Shown here: one piece after another, positions 8,488 through 16,781 of the stretch
Layout: each line of letters begins with the position of its first letter
Numbering within the stretch: the first letter of the stretch is position 1
DNA from: Opitutales bacterium
GTDB taxonomy: Bacteria > Verrucomicrobiota > Verrucomicrobiia > Opitutales > PNEW01
Length of the DNA stretch: 32,000 nucleotides
Direction of reading: 5' to 3'
Assembly: GCA_965219535.1 (NCBI GenBank)
Contig: CBDCNV010000002.1
Span: 360,001 to 392,000, forward strand
Notes under the pieces: model-generated
Told to the model about the DNA's origin: nothing
Databases searched by the model: none
What the model saw: the letters and a program-made list of their open reading frames with translations, nothing else
Translations under genes and position numbers: made by a program

Positions 8488-10206
8488 TTATGATGGCAAC
8501 TCTTCTAGTTCCTTTTCAATTTCATCCATTAATGTTTGCATCATAGATTGAGAAAAATCGAATTTAATACCTGCGGCTTCAAATAGTTCTGGTAGAGGAC
8601 GGGTTGCACCTAAAGATAGGGCAGTTAGAAAATCAGTCATAGTGGCTTCAGGATCTTTTCGATATCGTAACCAAATTTGAAGTGCTCCAAGTTGAGCAAT
8701 ACCATACTCTATTATATAAAAAGGACGACGGAATATCTGCATTTCTATATGCCACCTTGACTCTCGATTCATTTCATATCCACTCCAGTCTACTATTGCG
8801 GGTGTAAACCGATTTTCTAATTCAAGCCAGTAGCTTGTACGATTGCTTTTGGAATGGGTATGATGTGTGTATAACCAATGTTGAAATGAATCTACAATTG
8901 CAACCGAAGTTAAAATTGTAAGAATTTCTTTATACTTTGCACGTTTAGCTCGGGCAACATTCGTTGGATTATAAAATACATCCAAGTAATTAATTCCTAT
9001 CAACTCCATCGTCATACTGGCTACTTCACAAAACTCTATGGGAGCTTGTTGTAAAAAGACCAATGGCTCATTACGACTTGCAGCAAGTAAATGGAATGCA
9101 TGTCCAGTCTCATGTAAAAGCGTACTTACGTCGTTATGCCGTCCAATAGCATTCATAAATATGAAAGGTTGACGCGATTCAGCAAGGAAAGTCATATATC
9201 CACCAGGGCGTTTTCCCTTTCTACATTCTAAATCTAGATTTCCACTGACTTTTAATTTAAAAAACTCGTCACCTAGCTCTGGTAATATCCTATTAAATAT
9301 ATCTTGCATCTTATCTACAAGTTCAGCTGTATTTTTAGGATCAAAAGGCCTGAGCGGTAGACTATTTTTAGGATCTACTGATAAGTCCCAAGGGCGAAGA
9401 TTCTCAATGCCCAGATCCTGAACCCTGTTTAAGTATAGCTTTTCCATCAATGGTACGCACAAATTTTCTACAGAGTTTGCAAATTGCTCGCAATCTAGAT
9501 GAGAATAGTCGAAACGATATTTAGCATTCCATTGATATTCACGATAATCTTTTAAATCTGCATTTGTTGCAATTCCTATACGTAACGAGAGTAATCGCTC
9601 GAACAATTCATCAAATTTATTTCTATCTTCTAATATACGGATAGCAATTGTCTCCCAGGCTCTTTTCCGTATGTTTCGATCTGGTTCATCAAGATATCGA
9701 GAAAGCTGTTTTAATGTGTACTTCTTGCCATTAAATATGGGCATCATCGCACCTAAAAGTTTATCGTATTCACTAATGATTTTTGTTTCTTCTGTCTGAA
9801 GGGGTACATTTTTATCTCTGAATATATCCACTTCATTATGCCATCGGCGTTCGAGTAGGTCATACCGTCTATTAGATAGCTCATCTCTGTAGGTGCTATA
9901 CAGGTATTTTTTCTGTAACTTAAAAAACAATGGTTTGATTCTCGATTTAATATTTTCAACAAAGTGAATATAAGCTTTTTCGATCTTTGGATCGTCTGTA
10001 TGACAGCTCATATCTATTTCACGCCATGTTCCGAATTCATCGAGCACAGCATCCAACTCCGAAACATCAAGTAGCCACTTTTCAAGTTCATCTGCTGTGT
10101 TTAAATCTCGATTCAGCAGCGTTTGATGCAATGGTTCAATTTGCGACCAATCAGAACAATCTAAATCTTTCGGGACAAACTTTCTTGTGGCTTTAGTGAC
10201 ACCCAT
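8488..10206 (-). CDS. pepF: M3-family oligoendopeptidase F-like metallopeptidase
   Basis: 572 aa. Zinc motif LLHETGHAFH (HExxH) with a downstream E in EFCEVASM. Length and overall pattern are typical of M3B PepF. AT-rich. Confidence 0.8.
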   Translation of the reverse strand: MGVTKATRKFVPKDLDCSDWSQIEPLHQTLLNRDLNTADELEKWLLDVSELDAVLDEFGTWREIDMSCHTDDPKIEKAYIHFVENIKSRIKPLFFKLQKKYLYSTYRDELSNRRYDLLERRWHNEVDIFRDKNVPLQTEETKIISEYDKLLGAMMPIFNGKKYTLKQLSRYLDEPDRNIRKRAWETIAIRILEDRNKFDELFERLLSLRIGIATNADLKDYREYQWNAKYRFDYSHLDCEQFANSVENLCVPLMEKLYLNRVQDLGIENLRPWDLSVDPKNSLPLRPFDPKNTAELVDKMQDIFNRILPELGDEFFKLKVSGNLDLECRKGKRPGGYMTFLAESRQPFIFMNAIGRHNDVSTLLHETGHAFHLLAASRNEPLVFLQQAPIEFCEVASMTMELIGINYLDVFYNPTNVARAKRAKYKEILTILTSVAIVDSFQHWLYTHHTHSKSNRTSYWLELENRFTPAIVDWSGYEMNRESRWHIEMQIFRRPFYIIEYGIAQLGALQIWLRYRKDPEATMTDFLTALSLGATRPLPELFEAAGIKFDFSQSMMQTLMDEIEKELEELPS

Positions 10207-10335
10207 GAATATCAGCTTTTTGTCATTTCATGAGTCTTGTTAAAGATTTCACTATTAGCCAAATCAGTCATCCCGCTTAGAGAAGGTGTATAATGAAATA
10301 GGGTTTCGTGTTTGGTTATATAATTGTTTCTATCA

Positions 10336-10509
10336 TTATTCATGTAGAGTACCACTATAGAATTTATATGCATTATGTTGTTTTATGCCTAAGCTCTTGT
10401 AAAAATTATGGGCACTCGAATTTTGGTTAGCTATTAACACTAAAGTTGTATCCTCATTTAATTCTTGCCTTATTCTTTTTACTAAACCATTTGCAATTCC
10501 CTTTCTTCT
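10336..10509 (-). pseudogene. GNAT-family acetyltransferase, C-terminal fragment cut by the ISb-like remnant
   Basis: The minus-strand translation PRRKGIANGLVKRIRQELNEDTTLVLIANQNSSAHNFYKSLGIKQHNAYKFYSGTLHE* contains the acetyl-CoA motif A (RRKGIA) and the FY.K.GF-like tail. No N-terminal part is present. Confidence 0.5.
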
Positions 10510-10579
10510 TGGTCGGGTTACACAAACTGGTCCACTGTGAGAGTTAGCCTGGAGAGGTTCAAAATGAAGTTAAGTTCAT
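10510..10579 (-). mobile_element. ISb-like right-end remnant, part 1 (interrupted by ISa copy 2)
   Basis: TGGTCGGGTTACACAAACTGGTCCACTGTGAGAGTTAGCCTGGAGAGGTT... aligns with the reverse complement of the ISb right end (5040-5122). Confidence 0.8.
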
Positions 10580-10644
10580 TGGAGTGACCCCCAAAAATCG
10601 TATCATTTACAGAGAGAGGTTATCGGGATAAACAGATAACCTCA

Positions 10645-10938
10645 ATGAAAAGAAAAAGATACACAACAGAACAGATTATAACAATATTGCGGCAAGCCGA
10701 TACCGGTAAAACGGTACAGGAAATCTGCCGTGGAAACAACCTGAGCGAACAGACTTTCTATCGCTGGCGTAAAAAATATGGCAATTTAGAACTTGCCGAT
10801 GCGAAGCGATTTAAAGAGCTGGAAAAAGAATTCACGAGCGCAAGCGAGAAGGCCTGACATACCGAGCTGAAGAAGCTGCTCGCAGATCAAATGCTCAAGA
10901 ATCAGGTAATGGAGGAAACGCTGTCAAAAAAATGGTGA
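10645..10938 (+). pseudogene. ISa copy 2 OrfA with in-frame TGA at 10855-10857
   Basis: Same sequence as copy 1. The frame continues open after the TGA to the TGA at 10936-10938. Confidence 0.85.
10926..10932 (+). promoter_or_regulatory. A AAA AAA -1 programmed frameshift heptamer at the orfA/orfB overlap (also at 12960-12966 and 8106-8112)
   Basis: orfA reads tcA AAA AAA tgg tga. orfB is in the -1 frame and overlaps it. This is the arrangement expected for IS3-family elements. Confidence 0.7.
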
Positions 10939-11897
10939 GCCCAAAGCAGAAGAAACGAGTAGTAAAAGCTGCGGCTGAGAAAGGGTTGTGCTCGTTGCGG
11001 AGGGCTTGTGCTTATCTCAGCCTGAGTTGGTCAACGTTCAGTTACCGGCCCAAACAGGCCAGTGAGAAAGCTCAGCGGTTGGTCGAGCGGATTGTGAGCT
11101 TGTCCTGGAAACATCCCCGCTACGGTTACCGGCGCATCCGTGCCTTGCTGGTAAAGGAAGGCTGGACAACAAGCAGGAAGTTTGTCCAGGCGGTACGACG
11201 TTCAGAAGGGCTGCAGGTAAAGCCCCCGAAAAAGGGCAGACACCGTCAAGGAGTCTCTACGGGGTCACCTACTAAAGCAAAGGGTCGCAATCACGTTTGG
11301 TCCTGGGACTTTGTCCATGATCGTACAGACAACGGCGGTCCATTAAAGATGATGACTCTAATCGATGTACCGAGGAGCTGAAAGCGACGACACTCAAGCG
11401 AAGCGAAGACATATACGCGTAAATGCCTGGATATCCGGGTCGCTCGTCAACTCACCTCAACCGATGTCCTCTCTGTGCTTAGCGAGGCCATTGAAGAGGA
11501 GGGACCTCCCAGCTATATCCGTAGTGACAACGGCAGTGAGTTCATTGCTCATCAAGTGCAGCAGTGGTTGTCCGGTAATAACATAAAGGCGATCTATATC
11601 GATCCGGGCAGTCCCTGGCAAAACGGTTTCATCGAGTCGTTTCACAACCGCTTACGCGATGAGTGTTTGAACCGTGAAGTGTTGCTCAGCGTGGCTGAAG
11701 CGCAAGTGGTAATCGAACAATGGCGTCAGACCTATAACCATGAACATCCCCACAGTCGTTTAGGCTTCAAAAGCCCACAAGAGTTTGTCAGATTCCTTTC
11801 CGATCTTGGCCGCGTTCGGGCTACGCCCTCACTTCGCCAAGATCTCTCATATACATCAATCCTAAAACCATTAACACCCGGTAACTCTCTCACTTAA
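10932..11897 (+). pseudogene. ISa copy 2 OrfB (DDE) with in-frame TGA at 11379-11381
   Basis: ORF-track pieces 10932..11381 and 11475..11897 are in the same frame. The only stop codon between them is that TGA. Confidence 0.85.
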
Positions 11898-11924
11898 ATT
11901 GGTACGAAAAACGGGGTCCGATCA

Positions 11925-11959
11925 TCATAGAGGAAGCCGAGACTTGGGTGGAATGAGGG
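11925..11959 (-). mobile_element. ISb-like right-end remnant, part 2
   Basis: TCATAGAGGAAGCCGAGACTTGGGTGGAATGAGGG continues the alignment to the reverse complement of ISb (..GGTAGAGGAAGTCAAGGCTTGGGCGCAATGAGGG). Homology is then lost. Confidence 0.7.
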
Positions 11960-12052
11960 ATTAACAAGGAACTATCTACAATAAAAGAGTCTGATACAAA
12001 TAAGTCTTAACCATCAGAATGACATAGCAATTTCAAGCTATGAAGCTTATGT

Positions 12053-12613
12053 TTAATTTAATGTTAAAGTTAATCTTTCGTATTCGTATAGATCTGACTT
12101 TGTAATTTTATTTTCGTCTATTCCTTTGCTGATAATTTTATCTCTTTTAGTTTTATATACTTCTTCTTTGATTCGAGGATCGAATGTAATTCTTTCTAAA
12201 AAATCAAAATCTACATTTTCTATGAAAAAATATGGATAAGCATTATACCTATCGTCAAAATCATTAAGTATTAATCTAACCTCCTTTTCAGATGAAAATG
12301 GTTTTCTTTTAATTAAAAAATTATTAGAAAAATTTTCATCAAGGAATTTTTTTCTAAACAGTTCAGAGTCCTTTAATATCTCTTCTATATCACTTTGATT
12401 TTTATATTCAACTTTACCGATTTTTACAGTAACGATTTCATTCTTACCTTGATCAAATTGAACCTCCACTGCATTTTTTATATACTCAAAATATCTTCCT
12501 ATAGAAGTTGTGAGTCTAACACCTAAATTATTAGGTGAATATACACGCCAAAGTAGATCAGATTCTTCGACTAAAGACCAACACTGACAGTAATACTTCT
12601 TCTTTACTCTAGT
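12053..12613 (-). pseudogene. DUF2971-like protein, C-terminal part, abutting the left end of ISa copy 3
   Basis: TRVKKKYYCQCWSLVEESDLLWRVYSPNNLGVRLTTS fits the DUF2971 central pattern (C.S....D...MW..Y....G). It joins in frame to 6909-7113 once one copy of ACTA is removed. Confidence 0.6.
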
Positions 12614-12678
12614 TGGAGTGACCCCCAAAAATCGTATCATTTACAGAGAGAGGTTATCGGGATAAACAGATAACCTCA

Positions 12679-12972
12679 ATGAAAAGAAAAAGATACACAA
12701 CAGAACAGATTATAACAATATTGCGGCAAGCCGATACCGGTAAAACGGTACAGGAAATCTGCCGTGGAAACAACCTGAGCGAACAGACTTTCTATCGCTG
12801 GCGTAAAAAATATGGCAATTTAGAACTTGCCGATGCGAAGCGATTTAAAGAGCTGGAAAAAGAATTCACGAGCGCAAGCGAGAAGGCCTGACATACCGAG
12901 CTGAAGAAGCTGCTCGCAGATCAAATGCTCAAGAATCAGGTAATGGAGGAAACGCTGTCAAAAAAATGGTGA
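12679..12972 (+). pseudogene. ISa copy 3 OrfA with in-frame TGA at 12889-12891
   Basis: Same as copy 2, shifted by 2034 bp. Confidence 0.85.
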
Positions 12973-13931
12973 GCCCAAAGCAGAAGAAACGAGTAGTAAA
13001 AGCTGCGGCTGAGAAAGGGTTGTGCTCGTTGCGGAGGGCTTGTGCTTATCTCAGCCTGAGTTGGTCAACGTTCAGTTACCGGCCCAAACAGGCCAGTGAG
13101 AAAGCTCAGCGGTTGGTCGAGCGGATTGTGAGCTTGTCCTGGAAACATCCCCGCTACGGTTACCGGCGCATCCGTGCCTTGCTGGTAAAGGAAGGCTGGA
13201 CAACAAGCAGGAAGTTTGTCCAGGCGGTACGACGTTCAGAAGGGCTGCAGGTAAAGCCCCCGAAAAAGGGCAGACACCGTCAAGGAGTCTCTACGGGGTC
13301 ACCTACTAAAGCAAAGGGTCGCAATCACGTTTGGTCCTGGGACTTTGTCCATGATCGTACAGACAACGGCGGTCCATTAAAGATGATGACTCTGATCGAT
13401 GTACCGAGGAGCTGAAAGCGACGACACTCAAGCGAAGCGAAGACATATACGCGTAAATGCCTGGATATCCGGGTCGCTCGTCAACTCACCTCAACCGATG
13501 TCCTCTCTGTGCTTAGCGAGGCCATTGAAGAGGAGGGACCTCCCAGCTATATCCGTAGTGACAACGGCAGTGAGTTCATTGCTCATCAAGTGCAGCAGTG
13601 GTTGTCCGGTAATAACATAAAGGCGATCTATATCGATCCGGGCAGTCCCTGGCAAAACGGTTTCATCGAGTCGTTTCACAACCGCTTACGCGATGAGTGT
13701 TTGAACCGTGAAGTGTTGCTCAGCGTGGCTGAAGCGCAAGTGGTAATCGAACAATGGCGTCAGACCTATAACCATGAACATCCCCACAGTCGTTTAGGCT
13801 TCAAAAGCCCACAAGAGTTTGTCAGATTCCTTTCCGATCTTGGCCGCGTTCGGGCTACGCCCTCACTTCGCCAAGATCTCTCATATACATCAATCCTAAA
13901 ACCATTAACACCCGGTAACTCTCTCACTTAA
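12966..13931 (+). pseudogene. ISa copy 3 OrfB with in-frame TGA at 13413-13415
   Basis: Same as copy 2, shifted by 2034 bp. Confidence 0.85.
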
Positions 13932-13958
13932 ATTGGTACGAAAAACGGGGTCCGATCA

Positions 13959-14681
13959 GTTCGTTTAACCATTGGAGATATCAACGCCAGTGGTAGTGCC
14001 ACACCCTATTTACTTTTTGGCGAAGGCTCGTTTACTGTTCCAGCTAGCAACTCAGGATTGCGTATTACTGGAGGAGACCTTTACCAAAGCAATCGAGCTA
14101 AGATAGTTGCAATCTCTGAAGCTGAAAACCTTATCTCACAATTTAACTTCAAATCAGACGGAAGCGAGGTAAGTCGAAAGGTAATCAGGGGAATATTTGA
14201 TTTTGTTGTTGATGATGAGCAAGTCATAATCTACCAGGGTTATGCTCCAAAGAGTTTACTTGGGAAAACTTATGAACTTGAAGGATTTGAGTATAATGTC
14301 GGTGAACTCTCTTTTACTTTCACCTTTAATAATGCCACTTCAGGAAAATTTAATTTGATAAGTGAAAGCTATAAAATAGACGGCATTGATTATCACTTTA
14401 CTCATACAGGAAGATTCAATTACAGAATCGATTCTATAGACCCTAACAAAGCTTATTTGACTGTTGATATAGTGACCATATCAGTTAAATCGTTAGATGG
14501 TATTACTCTTCTTTTTGATGGAGTTGAAACAGTAGCCGACGAGTTTGATATAGAACTGCTAAAGTCAATGGAAATTGAACTGACCTTCTGGAACTTTGTG
14601 AGTGGCAAACATTATTCAACTTCAACTTTTACTGATAATTCACTTTATGAGAACTCAGGAGAGTTCAGGGAGTTAGAATGA
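13959..14681 (+). CDS. hypothetical protein, 5'-truncated by ISa copy 3 (the frame is open from the first base after the IS)
   Basis: VRLTIGDINASGSATPYLLFGEGSFTVPASNSGLRITGGDLYQ... is in frame upstream of the listed start at 14058. Beta-rich, no recognised family. Confidence 0.45.
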   Translation, partial: VRLTIGDINASGSATPYLLFGEGSFTVPASNSGLRITGGDLYQSNRAKIVAISEAENLISQFNFKSDGSEVSRKVIRGIFDFVVDDEQVIIYQGYAPKSLLGKTYELEGFEYNVGELSFTFTFNNATSGKFNLISESYKIDGIDYHFTHTGRFNYRIDSIDPNKAYLTVDIVTISVKSLDGITLLFDGVETVADEFDIELLKSMEIELTFWNFVSGKHYSTSTFTDNSLYENSGEFRELE

Positions 14682-14759
14682 ATCAATAACAGCCAGCTGA
14701 AAGGAGGTGTTGCCCTATGAGCAATGAAAGTATTAAAGAAGCTATTCAAAGGTTAGGAG

Positions 14760-15491
14760 ATGAATAATAAAACTTGTAAATATGACGAGTTGGGTAGTGG
14801 GTTTAACTGGTATTGGATTGTAATAGCTGGATTTCTCTTAACTAGCTGTTACGAGACCACTCGTCAGATTACTCCACTTGCTGACAGGGACAACCAAAAA
14901 AGTTATAAACAAGGAGATAATCACTCCAGTGTAATATCCCAGGGCGAGCACAAGGTAACTATTACCAGTTCAGAGGAAGTAGTAGGTCAAAAGGTGAAAT
15001 TTATAATAGAATTTAAAAATGGATCTAAAGTTCCTATTGTGTTTGGACCCGATCAAATAAATGTAACTACTGCTGATGATTTAAGTTTATATATAAACAC
15101 GACAGAAGATTTAAATAAAGAAGTTGCTATTCAGAAACGTTCAAAAGAGTTATTAAATAATATAGTTACTGGTGTTGGAGTAGGTGCTGTGCACGGAGCA
15201 ATACTTCCTTATTACAACAAAAGTTATATAGGAGCTGGAGTTGCCGCTGGCGTAGGACGTGGAGTAATATCTGCTCAAAGCAGGCAAAACTCAAATAATA
15301 TTAGAACTAAATCTGCCAACATGCGTTATCAATATTCTTCTGAAATGTTAAAAGCTCAAAAGGTCAGTCCAGGTAAGATAGCAAAGGGTTCTTTATGGAT
15401 AGAAGTTCCTTACGATAGGTCGGGGATGGTTTATTTTGATGTCTATGTAGGTAGTGAGAGGCATAGACTTACGTTTAAGGTAGGCAAGTAA
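14760..15491 (+). CDS. putative lipoprotein with a glycine-zipper segment
   Basis: Hydrophobic signal-like stretch WYWIVIAGFLLTSC with a lipobox-like LTSC. Glycine zipper GVGVGAVHGA...GAGVAAGVGRGV. A 16-codon micro-ORF (14717-14767) with an AGGAGG upstream overlaps the start. Confidence 0.5.
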   Translation: MNNKTCKYDELGSGFNWYWIVIAGFLLTSCYETTRQITPLADRDNQKSYKQGDNHSSVISQGEHKVTITSSEEVVGQKVKFIIEFKNGSKVPIVFGPDQINVTTADDLSLYINTTEDLNKEVAIQKRSKELLNNIVTGVGVGAVHGAILPYYNKSYIGAGVAAGVGRGVISAQSRQNSNNIRTKSANMRYQYSSEMLKAQKVSPGKIAKGSLWIEVPYDRSGMVYFDVYVGSERHRLTFKVGK

Positions 15492-15639
15492 TAAAATGTA
15501 CTAGCTAGGACATAACCTTACAGATTCCCCTGTGTGGGAGTTAAACATGAGCACTTGCTTTTAAAGCGTTATGCTCCCGGTTAAGTAGATTTTAACTATT
15601 TGGATCCAGAGACTACTTCAATCGAGGAACGTCTGTAGA

Positions 15640-15758
15640 GGCTTGCCGAAGGATTGCTATGATCTGTTCTGTTGTATATCTTTTTCTTTTCATTGAGTTT
15701 ATCTGTTTATCCCGATAACCTCTCTCTGTAAATGATACGATTTGGGGGGGTCACATCA
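15640..15758 (-). mobile_element. diverged ISa-like left-end remnant (IRL plus the first ~15 orfA codons)
   Basis: Aligns with 8340-8458 of copy 1 with scattered mismatches (ATGAAAAGAAAAAGATATACAACAGAACAGATCATAGCAATCCTTCGGCAAGCC on the minus strand). Ends ...GGGGGGGTCACATCA at 15758. Confidence 0.75.
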
Positions 15759-15760
15759 AG

Positions 15761-16375
15761 TTGGTAAAACTGGAAGGAGAAGACGCAGGGATGGAAGTCC
15801 ATCAGGAAGAGGGGACCAACAGGTTGGCTAACCTTATCGATAAAGATCCCAGGTTCGAAGTATGTATTACTCACCCAAAGGTGCTTACTGCAATCGCGCA
15901 TGTCATAAATAAAGATTTTAAACATTCATCGTTAAATAGTCGTGAAGCTTTGCCAGGAACTGGGGCTCAAGTTCTTCATGAGGATTATAGTAAACCCGTA
16001 AAACCTGGTGAATGGGGAAGAGTGGCCTGTAATACTATCTGGTTACTTGACGATTTTAACAAAACAAACGGAGCGACAAGAATAGTACCCGCCAGTCACC
16101 GGAAAGAAAAAACACCTGGAGAGGTAATGGAAGATACCTATGCGATGCACCCCGAGCAGATACAATTGATCGCGCCCGCGGGAACGGTTGTCGTTTTTAA
16201 CGCCCATCTCTGGCACGGGGGAATGAAAAATGAAAGTAGCACGTCGAGACACGCCATGCACTGCTTTTTTTGCCAACGTGAAGATGAGCAACAGACCAAT
16301 CAACGTGAGCACCTAAGACCGGAAACCGTTAACCGGCTTTCAAGTACCGTCCGGTGGATGCTCGATGTAGAATAA
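15761..16375 (+). pseudogene. PhyH-family 2OG/Fe(II) oxygenase (P1), N-terminus removed at the IS remnant
   Basis: HxD as LHED. WLLDDFNKTNGATRIVPASH. Distal His in HLWHGG. It lacks the usual ~50-aa N-terminal (E/Q)xxxF..GY(L/V) segment. Confidence 0.7.
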
Positions 16376-16377
16376 GA

Positions 16378-16440
16378 GGGGTCAATAGGGGTTGTATCGA
16401 TCTTATTGCAAAAAGATCGACATGACCCCTTTCTTATTTC
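16378..16440 (+). terminator. nested hairpin plus T-rich tail downstream of P1
   Basis: Outer stem GGGGTCA (16378-16384) / TGACCCC (16423-16429). Inner stem TCGATCTT (16397-16404) / AAGATCGA (16413-16420). Followed by TTTCTTATTTCC. Confidence 0.5.
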
Positions 16441-16454
16441 CTTACTTTTATAGA

Positions 16455-16531
16455 GCGCCGCTAGCTCAATTGGATAGAGCACCTGACTTCGGATCAGGAT
16501 GTTGGGGGTTCGAGTCCCTCGCGGCGTGCCA
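16455..16531 (+). tRNA. tRNA-Arg (anticodon TCG)
   Basis: 77-nt cloverleaf: acceptor GCGCCGC/GCGGCGT, D arm GCTC-AATTGGATA-GAGC, anticodon stem CCTGA/TCAGG with loop CTTCGGA (TCG at 16489-16491), T loop TTCGAGT, encoded CCA. Confidence 0.9.
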
Positions 16532-16781
16532 TTGATAAGACAATTGTCTTCCCTGGGGGATTTCCTAAAGTGAAGAATATTTGAATTTGATCTCTTTTTC
16601 TAATCTAACAACGCCAAGTCTAAGGAAGATATATAATAATGGCGAAAATGTTCCTCATATCAGTTCTAGAGCGTCGGACCCTCTATGAAATTAGCTTACC
16701 CTTCATTGCTGAAGCCCAAACTTTTCTCTCAGCTAAAGAGAGAACTTAAGGATGCATTTTTCTTATTGGAGTAGCTGAATA

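Larger units (their letters stand above)
10580..11924 (+). mobile_element. ISa copy 2, 1345 bp, flanked by a 4-bp direct repeat TCAT
   Basis: IRL at 10580, IRR ends at 11924. TCAT at 10576-10579 and 11925-11928. Confidence 0.95.
12614..13958 (+). mobile_element. ISa copy 3, 1345 bp
   Basis: Matches copy 2 except for one difference I could find by eye (G at 13394 versus A at 11360, synonymous). Confidence 0.95.

Noticed and set aside
11379-11381. Selenocysteine insertion at the ISa TGA codons
   Set aside because: I see no convincing SECIS-like hairpin immediately downstream of either TGA. Both codons also lie in inserted, non-conserved segments rather than at catalytic positions.
10580-13958. 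ISa copies 2 and 3 (direct repeats) as a composite transposon
   Set aside because: The intervening 11925-12613 holds only an IS remnant and the C-terminal part of a broken gene. The outer flanks (TCAT versus GTTC) show no shared target duplication.
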